Source: an uncultured Clostridia bacterium
GTDB lineage: Bacteria > Bacillota > Clostridia > Oscillospirales > Ruminococcaceae
Direction: 5' to 3'
Assembly (NCBI GenBank): GCA_944386475.1
Contig: CALXBH010000004.1
Coordinates: forward strand, 1 to 64,000
DNA: 64,000 nt
This document shows positions 8,725 to 17,123 of this stretch, one piece after another (the stretch's first letter is position 1; every line of letters begins with the position of its first letter). A model generated the notes under the pieces. That model had not been told where the DNA came from, ran no database searches, and saw nothing but the letters and a program-made list of their open reading frames with translations. The position numbers and the translations under genes were made by a program.

Positions 8725-11700
8725 ATGAAAGGAAAACTGAAAAGGACGTTCTGCGTGCTGCTGGCGGGGCTTTTGGGAGTGTCCCTGCTCCCGATGCAGC
8801 TGCTGACAGCGCTGGCAGAGGAGGAGCTTTGCTACGACATCTCCTTTGACAACGAAACCTACACGGCGGACACCAAGGGGATCGACTTTGGCCGCACCGG
8901 CGACCAGTGTAAGCGCGGGCAGAGCTTTATCGCTCTGGAGTACAGCAGCCTTGATTCCGTCCGGGTTAAGGTGACCGCCACCGAAAACCCTGACGACCTG
9001 ACGGCGGAACTGTATCTCTGCGATGAAAATAGCCGGATGCCGGTGGGGGAGGCGCTGGCCACCGCCCAGGTGCCCAAGGAAAGCATTTCCTCCACTGGGT
9101 TCACCGAGCTTTCTATACCGCTGACGTACGATGCTCTGGAAAAGGGGCGGATGTACGCAGTGGTGCTGGGGCAGACAGGAAATTCCGGCTGGTATGGCTG
9201 GTACGGGTCCTATGACAACTCCCATTCCGAGTGGTGGAACCCATCCTTTGTCAATCCCCAGATCAAGCAAAAGGGCTGGGAGGAGGACATCCCCAGCTAT
9301 AAGGTGGACGAACAGGGCCAGTTTATCGACGATTCCCGGTGCGGGGACTACTGGCTTAAGGCGTACTACACGCCCCGGGAGCCGGAGGGGCTCTGTTACG
9401 ATTTGTCCTTTGTCAATGACACCTACACAGCGGACACCAAGGGGATCGACTTTGGCCGCGCCGGCGACCAGTGGAAGCGGGGACAGACCTTCGCCGTGCT
9501 TTCCGACAGCAATCTGGAGTCGGTGGCCGTCAAGGTGACCGCCGTGGAAAATCCCGGCGATCTGACGGCGGAGCTGTATTTGTGCGACAGTGAAACCCAG
9601 ATGCCGGTAGGCGAAGCTTTGGCCACTGCCCAGGTGCCAAAAGAGAGCATTTCTGCCGCCGGGTTTACCGAGCTTACTATCCCCCTGTCCTATGAAGGGA
9701 TGAAGGCGGGGGAGATCTACGCGGTGGTTTTAAGCCAGACGACCAAATCCGGCTGGTACGGCTGGTATGGTTCTTACGATAACTCCAATCCGGAGTGGTG
9801 GAGTCCGTCGTTTGTGAATCCCCAGATCAAGCAGCAGGGGTATGACAAAGATCTTACCAGTATTTTATATGGGGAGGACGGCACCATGACAGACGATTCC
9901 CGGTGCGGAGATTATTGGCTGAAAGCCTTTTACAGCGTGGACGAAGTTTTAACGCCGGAAGAGGATTGGGCTGCCCAATATCAAAAGGATATGGAAAACG
10001 GCGGGCTGTCCTTTTATATGGATAGGCTTTTGGCCCGTCCGGGGGTAGACCCCTCTTTGATTGAGGATTCCGGCCTGATGACAAGAGGGCGCGCCCTTTA
10101 TACCAAAGGCACCAACGACAACGGCCTGATAACCGAGTTTGGCTTTGGCGGCACCATGCGCTATATCAAAGGGGACCGCACCGGCTATACCCTGCAAATT
10201 AACGGCAAAAAAGCCTCCGATTTTACCGAGGACACCTCCAAGCGGGTGGATTATCCCAGCTACTGGACGTCCCAGTACGCCGGGGATGGCCTTGCGGTCA
10301 TCACCAAGCGGTTTATCACCGACAACAACATAGCGGTGACCATCCTGGAGATCACCAACACCACAGCGGAGGAAAAAGACGTTGCGGTCACCATGCTGGT
10401 CCCCTCCTGCAAACAGCGGGAAGGCAACACCCTGGCGGGGACCGCCCGGGTGGATTACAAAAACCTGGAGCTGAAAGCGTCTCTGGACGAAGGCGCTGTA
10501 TCCGGGGAAGGCATTCAGCGGACGTTGACCATCCCGGCGGGGGAAACGGTCTTCCAAAAGGCGCAGATGGGCTTTTTAGACCCCTCGGATGCCGCCACCG
10601 GCGCGGAGTTTGCGGAATACGAGGGTTATACCCCCGAAGAGGCGTTTCAAACCCATGTGCAGGAATATAACTACTGGTGGGTGGAAAACATCCCCAGCAT
10701 GTGGGTGCCTGATCAGTATATTCAGAAGATGATTGCCTACCGCTGGTGGATCGCCCGCATCAATACAGTGGACGCAGGAACCTACAATTATCCCTTCCCC
10801 ACGGCGATGGAAGGGGTGTTCGGCTACAACAACGCCATCGTCAACGCCGTTCCTTGGCAGATAGACGAAACCCGGTATCTCCGCTCGCCGCTGGTGGGCT
10901 ACGGCACCTGGTTTGACGCGGCGGTGGTCGCCGCCGGCGGCATTTACAAGGATAATCCCGCCGGTGTTTGGGGAGTCATGCCCCAGCACTATATCTCCAA
11001 AGCGGGCTGGGAGACTTATAAGGTCCACGGCGGCTCCACCGCGTTTTTAGAGGCCATGGCCGACGTGGGAGCAGGGGACGTAAAAGGCACCCAGGAAACT
11101 TATGATGAAAACGGCGATTTTATCTACGGCATCCAGTACGACGCCTGGGACAACGACACCGCCTCCCTGTCGGTGAGCGGGGATCAGCAGCGGATTGACA
11201 CCGCCTCCTTGGCCTGGGCCAACGCCACAGCGGTCAGCGAGATGTACAAAGCGGCCGGAAATGAGGAGCAGGCGGCGGTTTATCAGCAGATCGCCGATGA
11301 GATCAAAGAGGTGAACCTGGAAAACAGCTGGGACCCTGACAGCCGGCAGTTTTTGATGAAAACAGCGGACGGGGCGTTTATTCCCTTCCGGGACATCAAC
11401 AACTACTATGGCTTTATGGTGGGGATGATCCCCCAAGACGCCGGATATGACGAGGCGCTGCGGGTGTGGGGCGACGAGGAGGAGTTCCCTCTGTGGCCCA
11501 TGTATGTGAGTAACTCCAAGGACTACGAAACCATCCAAAGCGACGACCGGTATACCGACCGCACCCGGAACTTTTCTCCCGGCAACACGGCGATCACCTT
11601 AAAGATGTTTGCAAGCGCCATTAAAAACTATGATGCCGACAATATCACCGGGGAAGCGTTTATGGAGGTGCTTAAGCAGCACACCATGACCTGCTATGTC

Positions 11701-13521
11701 AACCGGAACCTAAACTATCCCGATACCAACGAATTCTGGAACGGGAACGAGGACAGCCCCTACCGCTCCTGGATCCATCACAACTTCCACTCCCAGTACA
11801 ACACCCTGATTATTGAAAATGTCATGGGGATTACCCCCAGGGACGATCAGGTGATTGAGCTTTATCCCATCGACGCGGGCTTTGAAGCGTTTAAAGTATC
11901 GAATATCCGCTATCACGGCAGGGATATCGGCGTGGAGCTGAATGAGGACGGCTACTCCCTGTATGTGGACGGCGAGCTGGTAGCCCAAACCGACCGGCTG
12001 TGCCACTTTACCTGGGATTCTGTCACCGGAAAAGTGACGGTGTTAGATGAAAGCGGCGCGGCGGTGCTTCAAAACACTGCTGTGGCGGATTTCCCCTCGG
12101 CCTATGATGTGACCTATACCGAGGGCCGCGTGGCCGAGCTGATGGAAGCTGCTGTGGAATACGAGCCCGGGGACACCGTGGTGGAAAAAGATCCTCTGGA
12201 ACTGGAGGAAGCGCCTGAGCACACCGGCAGCTACAAGCTGGTGACCGAGGACGGCTCCGACTGGGAGGACAACTTTAACCTGGACTTTGGGGACCAAACC
12301 GGCGACCAGTATAAACGGGCCCAGATGTTTGTGGCTACCGAAGGCGGAATGATGACCGGCGTACAGGTGATGATGAAAAACAAAACCGCCCAAAAGGACG
12401 TAACGGTGGAGCTTTACAGCGCCGGCGAGGACGGCGGGCTGGGACAGTCCCTTGCCTCGACGGTGATCCCGGTGGAGTCGGTGCCCTCGGATATGGGCGT
12501 TGTCACTGCGAAGCTTTCCTACCAGCTGGAAAAAGGCAAGGCCTATTACATCGTCCTGGGCCAGGAGGCCGGGGGCGAGGGGATCTACTGCTGGGCGTTA
12601 AGCGCCAAGGATATGAACACCGGCGTGCAGGCCCGGCAGGAGGGCTATGACGGCGCGCTTAACATGTATAAAATCGAAAACAACGGCAATATCGTGGATG
12701 AGCACGCCTTGGGCGACTATTATCTGGAGGTGTTCTACACAGCGGACGAGGAGCATGTCCACACCTGGTCGGAGGAGTGGACGACAGACGGGAATTCCCA
12801 CTGGCATGTCTGCACCAGCTGCGGGGAGGCGGGAGAGAAAACGCCTCACAGCGGCGGGGAAGCTACCTGTACTGAGAAAGCTACCTGTGCGGTCTGCGGC
12901 GAGGAATACGGCGAAGCAGACAGCACAAACCACGACTACGATACCGCCTTTACGGTGGACAAAGAGCCTACCTGCACCGAACCAGGAGAGCAGTCCCGGC
13001 ACTGCACCCGCTGCGGCGCGAGGACGGATATCACCGAGATCCCCGCTTTAGGCCATGACTATGGTGCGTGGCAGCAAAAGGATGAAGCTACCCATGAGCG
13101 GGTCTGTGAAGCCTGCGGCGAAACGGAAACTCAGGAGCATCAGTGGGATGAGGGGACGGTTACCCAGGAGCCCGCAGTGGATAAAGAAGGGACGATCACC
13201 TATCGCTGCACCGTGTGCGGCGGGGAAAAGACCGAACAGATTCCCGCTCTGGAAGCGCCCGAGTCTCAGGATCCCGGGCAGCAGCCTGATGAGCCCTCCA
13301 GCGGCACGGATGATGAGGAAGAGACGCCGTCTGGTGCCGGCGAGGGAAGCGATAAGCCTGCTTCCGACACTTCCACCGGCGATTCCGTTTCCGGCGGAGA
13401 GGACACTGTTTCGGGCGTCCCCCAGACGGGGAGCGTTTCCGGCGCCTTAGGGGCGGCCTTCCTGCTGGCAGCCGTCTCTTTGGGAGCCGCTGTTTTAGCG
13501 GGGAAAAAGCGCAGAGGATAA
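8725..13521 (+). CDS. Giant (1598 aa) secreted cell-surface protein with signal peptide, two tandem novel ~185-aa domains, an (alpha/alpha)6-barrel glycoside hydrolase-like core of unresolved family, a third degenerate copy of the novel domain, four Cys-rich repeats and a C-terminal sortase-type sorting signal (VPQTG + TM + KKRRG)
   Basis: Signal peptide MKGKLKRTFCVLLAGLLGVSLLP. The repeats 8827-9385 and 9385-9940 are near-identical at DNA level (GIDFGRxGDQxKRGQ...WYGWYGSYDNS...EWWxPSFVNPQIKQ). The central region has six-hairpin glycosidase-like blocks (YRWWIARINTV, WDPDSRQF). The C-terminal region has HxWxxxWxxDxxxHW-CxxCG repeats. The protein ends GVPQTGSVSGALGAAFLLAAVSLGAAVLAGKKRRG. Confidence 0.8.
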   Translation: MKGKLKRTFCVLLAGLLGVSLLPMQLLTALAEEELCYDISFDNETYTADTKGIDFGRTGDQCKRGQSFIALEYSSLDSVRVKVTATENPDDLTAELYLCDENSRMPVGEALATAQVPKESISSTGFTELSIPLTYDALEKGRMYAVVLGQTGNSGWYGWYGSYDNSHSEWWNPSFVNPQIKQKGWEEDIPSYKVDEQGQFIDDSRCGDYWLKAYYTPREPEGLCYDLSFVNDTYTADTKGIDFGRAGDQWKRGQTFAVLSDSNLESVAVKVTAVENPGDLTAELYLCDSETQMPVGEALATAQVPKESISAAGFTELTIPLSYEGMKAGEIYAVVLSQTTKSGWYGWYGSYDNSNPEWWSPSFVNPQIKQQGYDKDLTSILYGEDGTMTDDSRCGDYWLKAFYSVDEVLTPEEDWAAQYQKDMENGGLSFYMDRLLARPGVDPSLIEDSGLMTRGRALYTKGTNDNGLITEFGFGGTMRYIKGDRTGYTLQINGKKASDFTEDTSKRVDYPSYWTSQYAGDGLAVITKRFITDNNIAVTILEITNTTAEEKDVAVTMLVPSCKQREGNTLAGTARVDYKNLELKASLDEGAVSGEGIQRTLTIPAGETVFQKAQMGFLDPSDAATGAEFAEYEGYTPEEAFQTHVQEYNYWWVENIPSMWVPDQYIQKMIAYRWWIARINTVDAGTYNYPFPTAMEGVFGYNNAIVNAVPWQIDETRYLRSPLVGYGTWFDAAVVAAGGIYKDNPAGVWGVMPQHYISKAGWETYKVHGGSTAFLEAMADVGAGDVKGTQETYDENGDFIYGIQYDAWDNDTASLSVSGDQQRIDTASLAWANATAVSEMYKAAGNEEQAAVYQQIADEIKEVNLENSWDPDSRQFLMKTADGAFIPFRDINNYYGFMVGMIPQDAGYDEALRVWGDEEEFPLWPMYVSNSKDYETIQSDDRYTDRTRNFSPGNTAITLKMFASAIKNYDADNITGEAFMEVLKQHTMTCYVNRNLNYPDTNEFWNGNEDSPYRSWIHHNFHSQYNTLIIENVMGITPRDDQVIELYPIDAGFEAFKVSNIRYHGRDIGVELNEDGYSLYVDGELVAQTDRLCHFTWDSVTGKVTVLDESGAAVLQNTAVADFPSAYDVTYTEGRVAELMEAAVEYEPGDTVVEKDPLELEEAPEHTGSYKLVTEDGSDWEDNFNLDFGDQTGDQYKRAQMFVATEGGMMTGVQVMMKNKTAQKDVTVELYSAGEDGGLGQSLASTVIPVESVPSDMGVVTAKLSYQLEKGKAYYIVLGQEAGGEGIYCWALSAKDMNTGVQARQEGYDGALNMYKIENNGNIVDEHALGDYYLEVFYTADEEHVHTWSEEWTTDGNSHWHVCTSCGEAGEKTPHSGGEATCTEKATCAVCGEEYGEADSTNHDYDTAFTVDKEPTCTEPGEQSRHCTRCGARTDITEIPALGHDYGAWQQKDEATHERVCEACGETETQEHQWDEGTVTQEPAVDKEGTITYRCTVCGGEKTEQIPALEAPESQDPGQQPDEPSSGTDDEEETPSGAGEGSDKPASDTSTGDSVSGGEDTVSGVPQTGSVSGALGAAFLLAAVSLGAAVLAGKKRRG

Positions 13522-13622
13522 GGACATGATTCCGGCGCTATGGCCTCTTTTCTGACAAGCATAACAACACAAAAAGCCCACTGGGCCATGGCGCCAGCTT
13601 TATAAAGGCGGATAGTTGATTT

Positions 13623-13671
13623 GCAGCGGAAGGCATATCTTTGGATATGCCTTCCGCTTACTATGTTTTTT
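13623..13671 (+). terminator. Rho-independent terminator downstream of the giant surface protein gene
   Basis: GCGGAAGGCATATC-tttg-GATATGCCTTCCGC stem-loop followed by TTACTATGTTTTTT. Confidence 0.6.
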
Positions 13672-13972
13672 CGATATAATTAAAGTAAACACCCCATCTT
13701 ATGCGTAAAACTTTTTATAAGCGCCACAACGGCTCCTATACCGCAATGTAATGGGCGAGGGATCCGTGGTTTCAATAAATACGGCGATATCCTCTGCCGC
13801 CAGATCCTGTGTTGCATGGGAAGGCTGTCTGGGCTTTCGTCATTGCTCAGCAGGGCGGATTCCAGCACATATGCAGTCTGGCCGCCTACGGTATACTGTA
13901 TTTCCGCTTTGCCTCCTTCCGCTATCGCCTTCGGCTTACGTCCCCTTATCCGCCTGCAGAATAGCAGAGAAA

Positions 13973-14035
13973 AAACCGGCTTTGACCTCGTCCGTTTTAC
14001 CCCTTAAAACGGGCAGGGTCAAAGCCGGTTTCCCG
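13973..14035 (-). terminator. Terminator of the LuxR-family gene (long stem with nested hairpin, T-tract on minus strand)
   Basis: AAACCGGCTTTGACC...GGTCAAAGCCGGTTT inverted repeat. On the minus strand it is followed by TTTTTCTCTG. Confidence 0.5.
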
Positions 14036-14045
14036 GTGGATTTAA

Positions 14046-15242
14046 CTATTTCAGCATGTATTTTTTCAGTTCCTGACGCTGGCGGATTCCCAGCTTTTGC
14101 AGGACAGTAGAGATATATCGTTTTACGGTATGGGCGGATATGTTCATATGCTCTGCAATCTCCTGATTGGTCCACCCGCGCGCCGCCAGCATCGCAGTGG
14201 CAAACTCAGTGGTGGTCAGGTCGTCTGCGACATCATGTCCGGTGGCCGGATTGTGTATTTTCCGCCATCCGGCGGAAAAACGGTAGGTAATGGCGATAAT
14301 CCGCTTGAAATCCTCCGGCCAACCCGGCTTGATGACTGCCTCCAGCATCCCGCCTAGAAGCCCGTGATGTTCCCCGAATCCTTCAATCAGATCGTCTGGG
14401 CGGGCAATTTCCCATGCGGCCAGCAGATGCTTCTGCGCCTGTTCGGTCTGTTTTAAGCTCATATAGTCCATTACCGCAACCAGATGCAGGTAAATGGCGG
14501 GGATAGGGTATCGGTCTGCCCCCATTCCCAAGGTAGCCTCTACGATGCCGACGCTCTTTCCGTAGTCCTCTTTCAGATACAGGTAATGGGCCTGGACATA
14601 CAGGGCAAAGGCCCGCAGGCCTGGCGGCAGCAACGGCAGGAACTCTTGTGTCGGGAGCATTTTCTCCGGCAGTGGGAGATGCAAAAGCACGGAAGATGCA
14701 AATACCACAAAGGCTTCGATAGCACGGACATGGGGCGTTTCCTCATTGGCGGCCAACGTGTTTTTGATCTCTGCCAGGGCATACCGGGCGTGCTGGATTT
14801 GGCCGACGGATAAATTCGCATAGGCATAGATCAGGCACGCAGAAAAGCGGAATGCTGCGTCGGGATAGGTTAGGTACAGCTCCGCTTCCTGTATGGCTTT
14901 TTCCGGCTGACCGCTGAAATAATGGTATTCTGCAAGCGCAATTTCTTTTTTTGGTCCGTCCTCCATCTCGTTGATGAAGTCTACACAGCGCCCCGGTTCA
15001 AACGGTGTGTTCATCAGTGGCATGAATCCCGGAAAAACTTCCGGCTGGGGCCGGGAAGGCTGGGTCCCTGAACGCTCCGATTCCCTGCGCGGGTCCTGCG
15101 GCTTTACAGCATTAGACGGAATGCCCCAGGATTTTCCGAATTTGCGGATCCCGTCGATTCGGCCTTCTGCACAGTACTTCTGGACCAGCCGGTCTGAAAT
15201 CTTCCACTTTTTTGCAGCTTCCTGCACGGTCATATATTCCAT
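14046..15242 (-). CDS. LuxR/MalT-like transcriptional regulator with an extra N-terminal HTH_17 (excisionase/MerR-like) domain, central helical repeat (TPR-like) region and C-terminal LuxR HTH
   Basis: C-terminal LTTTEFATAMLAARGWTNQEIAEHMNISAHTVKRYISTVLQKLG (LuxR/GerE HTH). N-terminal MTVQEAAKKWKISDRLVQKYCAEGRIDG (HTH_17). Start moved to MEYMTVQ because GGAGG lies 8 nt upstream. The tracked ORF extends to 15350. Confidence 0.75.
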   Translation of the reverse strand: MEYMTVQEAAKKWKISDRLVQKYCAEGRIDGIRKFGKSWGIPSNAVKPQDPRRESERSGTQPSRPQPEVFPGFMPLMNTPFEPGRCVDFINEMEDGPKKEIALAEYHYFSGQPEKAIQEAELYLTYPDAAFRFSACLIYAYANLSVGQIQHARYALAEIKNTLAANEETPHVRAIEAFVVFASSVLLHLPLPEKMLPTQEFLPLLPPGLRAFALYVQAHYLYLKEDYGKSVGIVEATLGMGADRYPIPAIYLHLVAVMDYMSLKQTEQAQKHLLAAWEIARPDDLIEGFGEHHGLLGGMLEAVIKPGWPEDFKRIIAITYRFSAGWRKIHNPATGHDVADDLTTTEFATAMLAARGWTNQEIAEHMNISAHTVKRYISTVLQKLGIRQRQELKKYMLK

Positions 15243-15598
15243 AGGAAACCTCCATGTGTTCTTTTGGCGTGTGTGGTAAAACCATTCGCAATCCTGCACA
15301 CGTTTAAGCTGCTTTTTGAAAATATTTTTCCTGATTTTTTCTGTTCGCAATCCCGCATAGTTTTATTATATTCATTTGCCCGGCCACTTGCAAGCGGGAA
15401 GATTCATATAAATTAAGGTTAGTCTCACATCTCCTGTCTGGATATTTATGACGGCTTCCGTCCGTTTTCCGGGCTGGCCTTCATTCCCACAGAGAGGTCA
15501 GGTTGTTGCAGCCCTGATCTTCTGTTTCCTGCATGATTGCTCATAGGACAGGCCTCCATTATTTTTTTCTGAGGCGCTATACCATGCTGAAAGCGATA

Positions 15599-15646
15599 AA
15601 AAGGGATCTGTGCAAAAGCATGTGTTTTGCACAGATCCCTTTTTAT
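15599..15646. terminator. Strong bidirectional hairpin terminator (downstream of tRNA-Lys on the minus strand)
   Basis: AAAAGGGATCTGTGCAAAA-gcatgtg-TTTTGCACAGATCCCTTTTT, a perfect 19-bp stem flanked by A/T tracts. Confidence 0.5.
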
Positions 15647-15767
15647 AATACAGAAACTTTCTTAAAAATCCGATACCAGTATTGTGTTTGTGTTGTATTG
15701 CCAGTAACGGGCGTCTAAACGTTAAAATATAGAAAAACCTGCGGCCGCAAATTGCTGACCGCAGGTC

Positions 15768-15843
15768 TGGTGAACCACCGGGGATTCGAACCCCGGACCC
15801 TTTGATTAAAAGTCAAATGCTCTGCCAACTGAGCTAGTGGTTC
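15768..15843 (-). tRNA. tRNA-Lys (anticodon TTT)
   Basis: The reverse complement GAACCACTAGCTCAGTTGGCAGAGCATTTGACTTTTAATCAAAGGGTCCGGGGTTCGAATCCCCGGTGGTTCACCA forms a cloverleaf with anticodon loop CTTTTAA and an encoded CCA end. Confidence 0.9.
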
Positions 15844-16157
15844 ATGCGCATATAAAAGCACCTTTGAGCTTCCACCCGTAAGGTGCTTATTAATTATAGC
15901 AAAGGGGATGCCCCTTGTCAACAGTTTTTTTCCTCTTTTCTTAAATCTAGGCAAAACATGCAAAGAAGGCCAAAAATACTGTAATAAACTGTGTTTTTTA
16001 GCAGTTCTTTTTCTAAATTTTCCGGAATCCGTCTTTTTATTCCCGCTCCCCTGTATAATTTATGTAAAATAAGTAAAGAAACTTGGAATACAGGTGATAA
16101 ATCGACATTTTTTTGGTATAATATCCCTAAGACTACTTGACTTAAAAGCAGGGGAAA

Positions 16158-17069
16158 ATGATGTGTAACGCCGCTGTTGTGGATATCGGCTCCAACACCA
16201 TCCGGATGGTGGCCTATCATCTGGAAAAACAAAGCATAACGGCCTTTTACGAGCAAACGGAAAACGCCGGGCTTTACAGCTACCGCCGGGGGGATCTGCT
16301 TGACGAGGCGGGAACCCGGCTTCTTGTAAACACCGCCCTATCCATGAAGCAGGCGGCTTATAAGGCCGGATGTGAAACTGTCCGCTTCTTTGCCACCGCC
16401 TCTTTGCGGGGACTTTTAAACCTGCCGGACATTCTGCGGCGGTTTGAACAGCGCTGCGGCCTTCCCCCGCGGCTGCTCTCCGCCAGCGAGGAGGCGGAGT
16501 GTGATTTTTTAGGGCTCGCAGCGGAAAACGGCCTTTTGGATTTTACCGGCTGCGATTTAGGCGGCGGCAGCGCCCAGATCGTGCTGGGTAAAAACGGTGG
16601 GCTGCAAAACTGGGTAAGCCTGCCTTTAGGCTGCCTTCGGATGGCAAACCGGTTTGTCAAAGACGTTTTGCCAACGCCCCAGGAGCTTAAGGCTTTAAAA
16701 CAGGAGGTCGCGGCGCTGACGGCCGCCCTCCCCGGGGAGTTTCAAAACGCCCCCGGCGCTGTGCTGCATGTAACCGGCGGCGCCGCCCGAGCCTCCTTAA
16801 AACTCACCCAGCTTGTTTTGGGAAATCAGAGAAGGATCTTTTCCACGGATGATCTTTCCGCCGCCGCACAGTATATCCTTCGGATGGAAAACCCCGCACA
16901 GTGGCTCGCCACCGCCGTCCCCGGGCGGGAGCGGCTGATCCTCCCAGGGATCGCTATTTTACAGGCGATCGCCGCAGCCTGCGGCTGTCAAACCTTCCGC
17001 GTTTACACCTACGGCGTCCGGGAAGGATTTGTTTATAAATTCCTGCTTTCTCAGCCGGAAGGCAGATAA
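16158..17069 (+). CDS. ppx: Ppx/GppA family exopolyphosphatase
   Basis: N-terminal VVDIGSNTIRMVAY actin-like ATPase motif typical of Ppx/GppA. Directly upstream of ppk. Confidence 0.85.
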   Translation: MMCNAAVVDIGSNTIRMVAYHLEKQSITAFYEQTENAGLYSYRRGDLLDEAGTRLLVNTALSMKQAAYKAGCETVRFFATASLRGLLNLPDILRRFEQRCGLPPRLLSASEEAECDFLGLAAENGLLDFTGCDLGGGSAQIVLGKNGGLQNWVSLPLGCLRMANRFVKDVLPTPQELKALKQEVAALTAALPGEFQNAPGAVLHVTGGAARASLKLTQLVLGNQRRIFSTDDLSAAAQYILRMENPAQWLATAVPGRERLILPGIAILQAIAAACGCQTFRVYTYGVREGFVYKFLLSQPEGR

Positions 17070-17123
17070 AAGGCTTTTATACACATTACATACCTTATTG
17101 AAATAATTTTTGAGAAGGGAACT

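Noticed and set aside
9949-12393. Multiple 100-200-aa antisense ORFs inside the giant glycosidase genes (also 19768-22908 inside the GH115-like gene, and 8674-9270)
   Set aside because: These are GC-rich antisense shadow ORFs fully embedded in well-supported long CDSs. They are Gly/Arg/His-rich and lack start contexts.
15715-15963. 82-aa ORF overlapping tRNA-Lys
   Set aside because: Its translation runs straight through the tRNA gene on the same strand. It is an artefact of the tRNA and terminator sequence.
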